Below are positions 36,701 through 48,200 of a stretch of DNA of 64,000 nucleotides, piece by piece. The notes beneath the pieces were generated by a model, which saw only the letters and a program-made list of their open reading frames with translations, was not told the DNA's origin and made no database searches. This DNA comes from Selaginella moellendorffii. Lineage: Eukaryota > Plantae > Lycopodiophyta. A program made the translations under genes and the position numbers. Location: NCBI RefSeq assembly GCF_000143415.4, contig NW_003314284.1, forward strand, positions 1,970,880 to 2,034,879, written 5' to 3'. Within the stretch, counting starts at the first letter, position 1, and the number at the start of each line of letters is the position of its first letter.

Positions 36701-39325
36701 TGCCCTTGGAGTCACCCGCTATTGCGTTGAAGACCCAGCTGAGCATTTCCCATGCTGCACCTGGAGCTTTCTTTGGATTCGAAAGCTCCATAGCCGTCTT
36801 CAGTTCCTCAGGCATGGGTAAATTGACCTCCCTCAGATCAATTCGATCAGCTTTGTTGAACGAAGCTGGGAAGTCACTCCAGTCCCACTCTGCTGCAGGA
36901 CCAATAACAAGGGCGACTGTGAAGATGCGGACATTCGTCGGTATCTTCTTCTTAGCCATTATCCCATGGATCTCCCGCATCTCCTTGCCTTTCAACCGAG
37001 CCTTCACCTCGTTCAAGGCCTTCCAGAACTTGTGATAGGATTCGGAGTCGTAGATCATATAGTGGACTGAAGATTCCACCTCCGCAAGTCCCACCATTAA
37101 GTCAATGATGGAGCTGACTTCGTCTGCATGAGTGATCTCCTCGTTTGTGAAGTCCATCACACAAAAGATGTTCTTGACCTGCTCATCTCCGCGGGAAACG
37201 ATGCTCCTCCACCTTTGATCCTCATCCGAATTCACGTATACCCGGTAAGGTTCTCGATAGGCCTCTGCTGTGGGGTCGAGCTGTTTCTGAAGCCGGCGGT
37301 CGACATCCCTCTTAATGAAATTTGGATACTGATCCAACTTCTCAGCTTTACTTTTCGTGGCATCCCGCAGCAGATCGATGAACTTGGGGGCCCCCTTCAC
37401 GTACTCGTCGATGTCTTCATTTGACAAGTCCAGCTCTTCCATCATCTCTTGCGTGGTGTCGATGCTCACCCTCGCCACGGCCACTTGCTCGAAGATCCAA
37501 TCCTTCAATAGCGCACAAGCTCTCAGAGTCGTGCACAAGTCCTCGTATGTCACAATATGGCTGGGAGTCATTTTGGTCTTGTTGAAGACTACCTCACCAC
37601 GTAGAAGAGCATTAGCCACTGTCAGAAGGTCGTCGTCATCTAGAGACCGCGAGAAACGCAAGGTGTTGAGCTTCAAATCATTGGGCTTCCGGCCGTCCTC
37701 CACACCCATTGAGTTTAGCAACTCCCCGTCATGGTACCTCCTTAGCACATCTACCCATTTGTCAAAAACAACTTTTGTCGCGAGTAGAATGTTATGGATG
37801 CTGAGTGTGTCATTGACCCCCAGTGTTTTCGAGAGAAGACTCGAGAATTCCTGCAATGGAAATGGCGTGAGGCCACATGCTATGCCACATGCAACGAGGC
37901 TTACCTGCCAGGCGCTAGTTGCTAGTGCACGTCCTTGTCCTGGTTTTTGTGGCTTCTTCAGTTGAACCCAGAGCTTCCGTGTTCGTGCCAATGTCTCGTG
38001 CAGACCCGATTTGTAGCACGTTTCTTGCTTGACATTCTGCGCGTGGGAGATGTATATGATAGATCGGAGGGGCGAGTTGCCTTTTATCAGGCGGACAACT
38101 CTTGTCTTGAAGACTTTCTTCACCTCCTCGCCCACCATAATATCCACAACTATCTGTTGCATCGCCAAGCTAGAATGCTGCCCGGAGACGGCATAGAACC
38201 GGATGTTCTGATCGTCCAACACCTTCCTATTGATCAAGTTTGGAAACCTCGTCTCGCCCTTCATTGTTCGGTAGTAGGGGATCACGTCTGCGATGTCGGG
38301 TGTTACTGGACTTGCCAGCATCTTCTGCTTCAGTTTCTCCACCCACTCATCAGATACTAGCCTGTGGTTGTATTTGCTTTGGATCTCGATACGGCTCACG
38401 TCGATTGTATATACTTTGTTGGAATAGTAACAAGTACTATTATCTGCAACGATTTTTGTTGCCTCTTCTTGCTCTTTCTGCTCTTTGCGGCTCTTCTTTT
38501 TGGTGGGTGTAGTGTTCGAACCCGAGGCAATGGCATCACCGAGTAGCTTCTTTTTTGGAGCAGCAGAGTCGGACGTCGGCTTGAGCTTGACCACCCTTTT
38601 CTGCTTCGGGGTAGTTTCCAGATCGACCCCCTTCCCCTTCGCTTCGCAAACTGGAGGCACTCTCAACGGCTCAATGTTGGAATATAGTTTTTGAACATCG
38701 CCGTAGGTGAGGTCCGTGGATTCCATGTGATCTTCATAGACCCGCAGCGTCTTTGAAATTGTGGGCCTCCTGGACAACCTCTCCCTAGCTCCCTCTAGGA
38801 ATTCCTCATAGCCGCTGCCCCCCTCCGGGAAGCCGCTAGGATGTGCAAGGTGGATCTTGAAGGCAGACGCTGTCTCTACCACAAGTGCCAGTCCATATTC
38901 TTGCATGGAACTGCATGGAGTGTCTGTCACTTGGATGAGGATCCCCATGCATTCTTTTCTCCCACCATCTGTGTTGTACAGCATCAGATCCTCGCCTTCC
39001 ATCCCGAAAGTCCAACTGGTGAGCTCCTCCCCCTTCTCTGCATCCACATTGACAGTGGCTGGAAGAAGAACGCAATTCCTCGCCTGTTCAGAAATGCACA
39101 ACAATTAGAGCTGACAGATGAAAAGCTAGCAGCTGGAAATAACATGAGGCCACACGCCATTCACCACTGCATCAGATGTCTTGAGGCTGCATCCTAAGAT
39201 GGCGTGAGGCTACACGCCATCTGTAACCGGACTGCACTCGAGAGCCCAATCGGTGCATGCCAATGTTGCTACTGAATGGCATGTGGCCTCATGCCATTTT
39301 CTACTTGGCCTAAAAGACTTACCAT
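33720..39325 (-). CDS. 11-exon cargo gene: ParB/Srx-like + degenerate DNA amino-MTase-like + acidic linker + FCP1/NIF HAD phosphatase (~1636 codons, one internal TGA)
   Basis: Predicted exons 39323-39325, 37905-39083, 36542-37850, 36417-36491, 36289-36360, 36096-36239, 35482-36048, 35410-35424, 35253-35360, 34630-35205, 33720-34582. All GT-AG, 4911 nt in total, joining five ORF-track pieces in frame. TGA at 36169-36171. Confidence 0.72.
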
Positions 39326-40908
39326 TTGAAGCCGAATGGAGGCCGTGACAATCGAGGCCGGACTCGCTGGCGAATGTGCACTGTGTGTGCAGCGGATCGT
39401 AGCAGCAAGGCTACTCTGCCACTTACAGTTGGAGAGTGGCGCTGAAATCTCCCGGGACGCCAAGTGGGCTGCGTGTGGGTGGCGGAGTGGGCGGCGGAGT
39501 TGGCGGCGAAGTTACAAACTGGGTGTGTCTTGAAGTGGACGCCGATGCACACGAGCGCGATGCGAGCGCGAGTGTGATGCAAGCGCGAGTGGACGCCGAT
39601 GCACACGAGAAACCTGTAGAGAAGTGAGCGTGATCGCGAGTGGGAGCGCGATGCGAGCGAGAGCGCGAGTGTGATGCGAGCGCGAGCGCGAGTACAAAGC
39701 AAAATGCAAAACCTAACCTCACACGCGCGAAATGTCACAACGGTTGGTAATCCCGCCACGTCATCATTCCTCGGACTTGGGCGCCACCATTAATTTCTGG
39801 ATTGCCGCGCGCATGCAAGCACGCAAAATCCAAAAGAAATCCGCAACGTCATCATTCCTCGGACTGCATGCACGCGAAATCCAAAAGAAAGATCATGATT
39901 GGGATATCATTTAATACCCTCGCTATATTTATACCATGCATGATTGGATATTCCAAAGCATCTTGTATTTCCAAAACTGGCAGATGTTCAGCTAAATAAA
40001 GAAATTCTATCTGTTTCTATTTTTCTCTCAAATCAATATTATAGCGTGTGGGCTCATGCAATTTTGAACCAAAGAAACCCAAAAAACGTTGGACCCAAAA
40101 TATTTTGAAAAAACCCAAAAAACCCTAAACATTTTAAACCCAAAAATCCAGGCGTCCTGTGGCGTTATTCCTTGAATGGCATGTGGGCGCATGCCATTTT
40201 CAGGGCCAAATGCTGAATGGAGAAAAATTCCCTTTCAGTGCAAATGCTGCAAGAGGCAGATGCCAAGCACAAAGGACTGTAACTACCTCACATGACACAG
40301 ATAAACTTTTCTCTATTTGGCAAAGATAAACTTTATAGCGTGTGGGCTCATGCAATTTTGAACCCAAAAAATGCACCAAAAAATTCTCGGCGTCATCTGG
40401 CGTTATCTCTTGAATGGCGTGGGGCCGCATGCCATTTTCAGGGGCACATAGGAGTATATTCCTAGGATATTCTGACACGCGCGAGATTTTTTTGAGTTTT
40501 CTGGAGATCCAACCGTTAGATCGCAACTAGATTTTACAGAATGGTATACAATGTCTTTCTTGATGACCCTGCAAAGAAGCATCTCGATCGGACACCACAT
40601 GAGACCACACGAGCCTTACAATGTTTCAGAGGCATTTGCCATAGATCCGACCGTTATTTTGCTCCAAGATTTTACAGTTTGGTGTGCATTGACCTTTCCA
40701 TCGAAACTGCAAAGGGACATCACAATCAGATGCGGGATCACAAGAAACTAACTTCACTAACTCTGGTTTCACCAAGATCTACGTAAGGAGTTATGAAATG
40801 AAAGGACCCTCTCTATTGAAATGTGTTTATGGTCCTAGGGGCATTGTGACATATCAAAGGATTTTGCATCAAGTTCTGTATTTGCATGTTTATCAAGCTA
40901 CTGAATTG

Positions 40909-40935
40909 CTAAACCCTAAACCCTAAACCCTAAAC
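40909..40935. repeat. Plant telomere-type repeats (CCCTAAA)x3 inside the transposon
   Basis: CTAAACCCTAAACCCTAAACCCTAAAC; mirrored at 62861-62887. Confidence 0.9.
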
Positions 40936-42265
40936 ATGTGGCAAATGCTGCGTGAAGAAAGATGCCCTTTCTGGGCAAATGCTGTAAGAGGCAGATGCCG
41001 AGCAGATGTACCTCAGGCTAGCGAAGGGGACAAACGAAAGCTAGCTATAAACATGACGGGATGCAAATAGATTACTAGGCTGGTCCTACGAAAATCAAAA
41101 ACCATAATTGAAAACATTGAAAATGCAAAAAGAAAGGTTTATAATATTTTTGAATTTTAAGCAACCAAAGGAATGTAAGTAGGGCATGTGTTTGTAAGTT
41201 TAAAAATGCCTCAACCACTTAAATTCCCAAGTAAATAAAGCTGTTTCTATTTTTGGTACAGGTAAACTTTATAGCGTGTGGGCTCATGCAATTTTGAACC
41301 CAAAAATGCACCAAAAAATGCTCGACTAGCATTATTCTTTGAATGGCATGTGGCCTTATGTCGAGCATTATTCTATGAATGGCGTGTGGCCTTATATTGC
41401 CATAAATGGACGTACACACACAGCATAATTATTCCTTTACACGGCGAATAATCTTGGCGCGGATCGCTGACATGGCATGGCAAAGTTCGAATCACTGACA
41501 TGGCACAGCTGGATCGAGGCAAGGACATGATGTGACAAAGTTCAACCTCCGACAGCAAAGTCTAGAAGCTACTCAGTTTGAAATTTGTCAGAGGAATCAT
41601 AAGATCTGGTTTGTCAGAGGATTTGATGTGACGTTCAAGCGTGTGTTATTTTTGAATTCTCGAACTCATTCCTAGGTCTATCATTTTTGTGCGCCGTGTT
41701 CTTGGTTCCGCTGAGCGCAGTGAGCGCTGCTTGTGTAAGCGGCGTTGTGGGCTGTGGTTTATGCGTCTACGAGCGGTTGCGGCATTGCGAGCGCCATTGC
41801 GAGCGGCAGTTTATGCGAGTGGCAGTTTGTGCGAGCGGCGCTACGAGCAGTTGCGGTGTTGCGAGCGGCGCTACGAGTAGTTGCGGTGTTGCGAGCGGCA
41901 CTGTCTTTGGTGTGGCTACTGCTTCCTCTTGATATTCGGCACTTGTGCTTCCTGGTATGTTGACCATGGAATGGCTTAGGACCACATTTAGAAATGGCAT
42001 GAGGCCACATGCCATCTTGGGCCCTTGCAATTTCATGGCTAGCGTATTGTCATGTATGTTTTTACTTGCCTGCAGCTGTGTGTATATCAAGATGGCATGA
42101 GGGCTCATGCCAATTTTGTGAATGTGAAATTTCACGTGGGTGTCAATAGCATGTTTGAATAATGGCATGTGGCCTCATGCTATTGAGGTTGTTTGGTATG
42201 TTATGATTTAGGCCATTCTCCAATCATTTTTTGTACGGTCTTAACTTCTTTTCTGCACTTTCAGA

Positions 42266-42452
42266 ATGGCCTTCAGGGTTGGGGAAAAGGTTTACATTTT
42301 GAATGGTGGGAAGAGAGTTGTAAAAGGGACCCTTGTGTCTATGGATCGGAACTTTGTTATACACTGTCAAAGGCTTGGGGAAGGCAATGCTGCTGTATCA
42401 GTAGAGACTGTCTTCGATGGGAATGTGGTCGCTATTGAACGAGGAGAGATGG
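42266..42452 (+). pseudogene. 5' stub of the transposase gene (rest deleted)
   Basis: MAFRVGEKVYILNGG...ERGEMV matches 61530-61349, then jumps to sequence equivalent to 58116. Confidence 0.85.
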
Positions 42453-42829
42453 TTTAATTCTTTTAATTCTTTTTAATTCTTTCTCTAAAATGTTATTTAG
42501 CATGTGGCTTCATGCCATTGCTCTCCACAATCATGCATTGAATTTCTATCCTTGCATAATACTTCTCCATATATATAGCATGTGCGCACATGTGATATGG
42601 TTCATTAGGCCTGATATAGTGTGTGAGGTAAAACAAAGATGATGTGACATATGCATTTACCAATCACACATGCATAAATCTAATAATATGGAGTGTGGCC
42701 CATATTAATGGCACATAAACCCATATTGTGGGCTTACGTGCTTTATGTACCATCATTCCCTTGCAGCGAGTGTGTTGGTTTCCTTTTATAACACAACGAA
42801 CTCCATATTTTAGGGTGAAGAGCGTTCTC

Positions 42830-43087
42830 ATGGCAAGCACAAAATCTGTAAGTGAGGCAGAAAAGGAGACGGAGAAGGAGATAGGTGAAGATGTAGAATA
42901 TATAAGTCTTCCAAACTCCCCGTACTATACTCCAGGTGATCATTTTTCTGAACAAACGGCAACATTAACAACTATCGAGAACGCCCCAGTAACGTCAGAG
43001 ACAACAATCCAAAGCAAAACAACTGACCCGGAGAAGGATGATAGTACCGCTGAGAGTACCAAAAAAGAGGTGTCCACTAGCGCTTAG
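42830..43087 (+). CDS. Small acidic/Thr-rich ORF3 of the transposon (possibly spliced at AAAGAG|GT)
   Basis: Open in both copies (also 57502-57759, -). Preceded by an acceptor-like TTTTAG. No recognisable domain. Confidence 0.35.
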   Translation: MASTKSVSEAEKETEKEIGEDVEYISLPNSPYYTPGDHFSEQTATLTTIENAPVTSETTIQSKTTDPEKDDSTAESTKKEVSTSA

Positions 43088-45335
43088 GCTTATAATGGCG
43101 TGTGCCCTCATGCCATTTACTTGATCACCAAATACCTTTTTCCCTTTGCACTAGTATATCTTAATACCGGTCTGAGAAATAGAATGGCATGTGCCCTCAG
43201 GCCTTTTACTAAATCACCTTTGAAAGAAATGCAAGCCTCTATGTCGTAAAAAAAAGGTACTAGAGAAATTCCTTAATAATATGAATGTTATTTAGTTTCA
43301 TGAAAATACACTAAGGGTCAAATGAGTTAAATGACTTCTCCAGACTAGCAATGCCTCTTGCTACACCTTCACAATTAGATTCGTTAGAAAAAGATAACAT
43401 TGAATAATATCTAAATGTTCTCACCATTAAGTTATATGCCTGGCTAATAGGAATGACGTTCATCTTGGAAAGCTCACCACACGCTCAATGAACAAACAAA
43501 TAGTGTGTGCGCGCATGCCATCGCTCTTCTTTAGCTTCAGATTCGGCTTGTTCACCTTGACAATGAGATTTATTATACAACCAGATGGACTCAGTCTGGA
43601 CATAAAGTCACTGCGCTAGTCACCATGCCCCAGATATGTCTAGCCCCTGGACAAAAAACATATAATTTCACGTCATTTTCAAATACTTGAAAATTTGTAC
43701 CTAGTCCCATTTTACTGAATAAATCCCACTTTAACGAAATAGAGCATAAAGAGTGTTTATTGGCATTTACAACATTTATTCTAATATGTGAATTGTTGCT
43801 AAAGTTGATGCTAATAAATTGGAATGTTATTTCTTTTATATAATACATTTGCAAGTATTTTATTTGTTAGGCAATCATATTTTATGTTTTTTAAGCTATC
43901 TTTTGTAAGTTGTTTAGCATGCTATCTATGCTATTTGGTAGTTAAGTTTTATTGTTAAGTTTTCTTGATTATATACTTGCTATTGAATTCTGTTGAATGA
44001 TTAATCTTAGTATAGAAACCACTAAAATCATTATAGTTTGAAAATATATACCTTGGGATCTAGAAGGTCATAATAGTTTATCAATTAATAACTACTATTG
44101 TGTTTTAATCTAAGATTTATATACTAATAATTCAATGTCTCTAAGATATCTTTGTCTATGACTTTGATATTGTACATCCTATTGATCTTGGCAAACTAAC
44201 TTTGACACTTTATGTACATGGTGAAAAATCCATTTATAGGATAACTACTGTCAATTGGTTATATAACTTGCCTTTTATTTGATATTCCTATTTCTTCTAA
44301 TGCTTCTTCATAAGTATGAGATTCATGTCTTCCAACACCAAAATGATCAAAGTGGCGTTACAGAGAGGGAAATGCTTTCAACTCTAAATATCATTTGATA
44401 TATGATGAAATATATGATTCTAAATTTTTAATTTTTTTTTAATTAGCTCATACAATTATTCACCTGAGTCACACTAGAGTAGTGCTTATACAAACAAATT
44501 CCAAAAGTTGATCATATTTGAGTTTTTGGCTGTCTAAATTATGCTCATATATTAATTGAAGTTCATCAACATATATTGCATGTTATTTGAATACACATAA
44601 TGATCAGGTAGACCAAACTTTGCTTAAACAAACAATTGTCCAAAAGGCTTATGGGATTAGTGGGATTCCAGAAGAAGGGTGTGTGATCCAAGGAGATCCT
44701 AAAGATGCCATTCAGTATATAAGCAAATCTTGGGGTAGCATGACATTGTTGTTGGTCTTGATGAAATAACACAGAACATTGGTTAAATTCATAAAGCCCT
44801 TTTCTGCAACACAGCAAGAATATCTTTCCTCTCACAAACTTTCTTTTGCCCTAATTTCTGTGCACCAAATTCCTCCAGATTCAACTACTGGTTCAGTTCC
44901 AAAAGTGCTTGCTGCTGTTGGATCCCATGACACAATACAAAAGTTTTTTGACCTTGACATATTTTTGGTGAGTTATTTGCTATGGTTTCTGGCTGCACTT
45001 TGACATGTATGTCCTTTCCACTAAAGCCTCATAACTATTTCACGTGTAAATGATATTTTAAAAGAAATAGAGAATCTAGAAAGTGCTAAGTTGCAAGTGC
45101 ATAGGCCAAGTGCAAGCATCTCCAATCTATTGCATTAGGAGAAAAAGCATGATAAATTAATTATCATTAAATTTTCAGATAGAACATTCCACCCATAATG
45201 AGAAAATGATCTGACTCTAAGAAAGTTAAACTCAATCAGGAGAAACGCTACCTCATAAAAAGAATTAAACAAACCAAACAATTCATTTTTTTATTTTTTA
45301 TTTTTCATAGTTATAATGATAAACACAAATTTAAT

Positions 45336-46392
45336 CTAAAGCAGCAATTGTAGCGTTGCTATATTGACGAGATTTGTGACCAGCAGCGTGGGCTGTGAGA
45401 AGAATGGCGAATGATCAGATGGAAGCTCAAGCACTAACTTTGGTGGCGTTCTCTGTATGAGATCTTCCTGATCAGCGGGCTGGAGTGCGTGATCAAATGT
45501 TGCCTTGATGAAGTAGCGAGGGACTCTGCCATAACGAGCCTTTGTGAAGTTGACGGTGGGATCAAGAAACGGGAAGGACTTGAGGAGCGTTTTGGCGAGC
45601 ACCACATCCTGCCCCAGGAAAAACATACTTGGTTTACATGGCCTGTAGCAACAGTATAGCACACCTTGGTTGGAGAGGTGTTGTAGAGGAAGTTTTGGAC
45701 CGTGGCAAAGTTATACCTCACTGAAACCGGTGTGCTCGAGCCGTTTGCGTTCTCCACGATCACGTTGTTTCCAAAAGTTTGAAATATCTAAACTAGATCA
45801 GATAACTCAATTGTCAGGAACTCTTCAATCAAACGAACGACTAGAAAGAAGATACCTGCTTGAAGAGAGTGGCAGCAATTGGCCCACTGGGAAGCATCAA
45901 AGCAGAGAGGTATACCGCCGCTGCAATCTTCTCGGGATACATCTCGAGAACCAAAGTTAAGCTTAATCCCGCAAGGCTGCTGCCAACAAGAACCACCTGA
46001 ATCAATGCAAGGAAAAGCTCATTATCGCCACCAAAAAGAAAAAGAAGAGATCATAAAGTTTTCAACAGCAACAACAACAACAACAACAACAAAACAACAT
46101 CATCAACAACAATAACCTTTTCGTTTGCCGGCAGAGACTCCAAGATCTGGATCAATGGAGCCGAGTATTGCTCCAAAGTTTTCACTTCTTGGACGTCCGT
46201 ACGGTCTCTTCCAGCGCTTGCCAAGTCTGGAGCATCCACTTGATGTCCTGCTGCTTGGAGTCTCTGAGTGACTTTGAACCAGCTCCACGCGCCCTCTCCC
46301 GCTCCATGGATGAGAACAAAGTGGAAACCAGCATTGGATCGAGCGAGCAAGAAAGACAACAGAAAGACGAAGATTAGTGCCAAGGTCTTCAT
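45336..46392 (-). CDS. Methylesterase (MES/SABP2-like alpha/beta hydrolase) with N-terminal signal peptide, 4 exons
   Basis: HFVLIHGAGEGAWSWFKV...APDLASAG; exon 2 VVLVGSSLAG...YPEKIAAAVYL; YGRVPRYFIKATFD; SDHSPFFSQP. Confidence 0.9.
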
Positions 46393-47870
46393 CCCTCAAT
46401 ATCTATAATCAGGAAGAACCCCACAGACTCTTTGGTACCGTGCGAATGAGAGGACTGCTCAATTTATGCACAAAACCTTCTCCTCTCATCGTCAAGAGCT
46501 GATCTAACTCGCCTTTTTGGCGATGCCGACACAATTGATTCGATTTACCTGAAGGCAAGGACTTTTTGGCAGCAGTATCTATCTTATTCCATAAATCTGG
46601 TTGCTTACCTTCGAAGATCCACTTGTGTTACTGACTTGCAAATGAATTTCCACCACTGAAATAAATGGAAGAGCAAAACACATCACTCCTACAAACAATT
46701 TTCAACACCAGCTTGACCTTTTTGCAACCTTTTTGGCGCTCACTCGGACGTGAAACAATTGCTCTTGTACGGAAGAACGTCGCCAAAACTTCGGTAACAG
46801 TGAACAGGATCTTGACCGTGGGAGCTTTTTTCCAGAGTCCACCGCTGGAGTCCCAACTTTAAGACAGCGACTTAGAAGACAGCAGGTCTCTGGAAGGATG
46901 GAAGTGCTCTTCTTACCAACTTTTCCTTGTCAACTTCTACCTGAAGAATAAACGAGCTCTCGAATCCTCTCTCGTGGTTTCGGTTTTCATCGAGAACGCA
47001 AGGTTACAAGGGGAATCCTGCAGCCTCCATGTCTCATCTCCAATTGCCGAAGCTCTGGTGCCGGACCCCAAGTTCTTGTCGTCGCCAACAATGCCGGATA
47101 TCTCTTTGGCCAGGATAAGCCGCTCAATCATCAGCCGCTAGGGACTTCGCAGTGGCAGTGTGGCTTCCAGGGAGTCGAAAGCCGCATTGGTCCAGTGTTG
47201 CCAGGAATTGATGATCTGTCCATCATCATCCTTCGTTAGAGGAGGAGTTTTCGAGCAGATGCCTCAGCACAACATACTGCGAAAGTATTCCGATAAGACA
47301 ATTGTAATGTTGTTGAATCCACGACCTTACGGGATAAGAAAGGGAAGAATTCTTTGTGCTAGTAAATTTATGACTCGCCGTCCTCAAGAGTGATTTACAC
47401 TTCTACAATTTGAATGTTAAAGCTGCATTTGAAGTGTATTTTTTGCATGAAGACACGTGGCATGTTCTGCAAGCTCTTGCAGCAGCCAGCGAAGGACTTG
47501 GCAAAGCTCTCACTAACGAATCCATCATAGGACCAAGGTGGCCTAAATCGCAGTGGCTCAAATTGCTCGATGCTCCAGACGATCTCGTGGAGAATTACTC
47601 ACTGGTCTCCTGCGAGATGGCGCGGCTGGAGCAACACTGTGTTCTTGTGATCGTGGCGTGGAATGGGCAGAGTCTTCAATTTAAAAGCTGAACTTTGGCC
47701 CCAGCGTTGGTTAACCACGGTTAGCTAGGTAGCAGCCATCTGACCAGATGTCACCGCAGTAAAGCGTCGTGCTGCAGCGAGCAAGCTTTGTGAACTTCAA
47801 AGAAACCCTGCATTAGGAATTATCATAGCAGCCAACTGCAACAACATCAAACTTCCTGGAGCAGCTAAAA

Positions 47871-48200
47871 TTAATATGTTATTACAGTCCCATGGGACTT
47901 TGTTTCCCTAGCCTCATGTATCTTGTTCATCTCGAGCATTCTCAACTTGCTTGAAGAACCATGCCACTGACTGTGCATAACGGGACAGTCAAACAAAACG
48001 TGGTATACATCTTCCACCAATATATGCAAATGCGGAGAGGTCGAGGAAGAAGTGGGCGTTGGTGGCGACCATTTTCCACCTGAAGTCTGTCTGTAAGCTG
48101 CAATAGTGTGGCGAACCCCAAGGAGCACAATGGTGGTATCCTATGAATCCCAGTATACCACTTGGGTTAACAAATGCCCAGTATATGTCGTACTGCATCG
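47871..48200 (-). pseudogene. Possible LINE C-terminal zinc-finger remnant
   Basis: VEDVYHVLFDCP resembles the E-x-x-x-H-x-L-F-x-C end of LINE zf-RVT. The rest is decayed. Confidence 0.3.

Larger units (their letters stand above)
33664..43521. repeat. Dispersed 22-bp palindrome ATGGCRTG-N6-CAYGCCAT (>20 copies)
   Basis: Copies start at 33664, 34741, 34816, 36058, 36249, 36390, 37862, 39139, 39199, 39276, 40041, 40176, 40335, 40414, 41271, 41343, 41994, 42092, 42162, 42497, 43095, 43184, 43500 (some degenerate). Confidence 0.92.
33280..43745. mobile_element. Large TIR DNA transposon, copy 1 (transposase internally deleted)
   Basis: 22-bp TIRs at 33280-33301 (1 mismatch) and 43724-43745. Contains the cargo gene, a transposase 5' stub and a third ORF. 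39793-43087 is near-identical to the inverted copy at 64000-57502. Confidence 0.85.

Noticed and set aside
36600-37250. Active DNA methyltransferase
   Set aside because: No intact DPPY/NPPY or FxGxG motif; at most an inactive fold.
40909-40935. Chromosome end
   Set aside because: Only about three units, internal to a transposon and duplicated with it.
41687-42168. ORFs conserved between the two transposon copies (e.g. 133 aa)
   Set aside because: Conservation reflects the near-identity of the copies. They are built from 30-bp repeats and palindromes in the probable 5' UTR/intron.
33664-43521. Palindromic repeats as a CRISPR array
   Set aside because: Spacing is irregular, the intervening DNA is exonic, there are no cas genes, and the context is eukaryotic.
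46440-47870. Possible gene remnants upstream of the methylesterase, and similarly at 18950-19750
   Set aside because: Coding-like composition, but no family motif I can identify.
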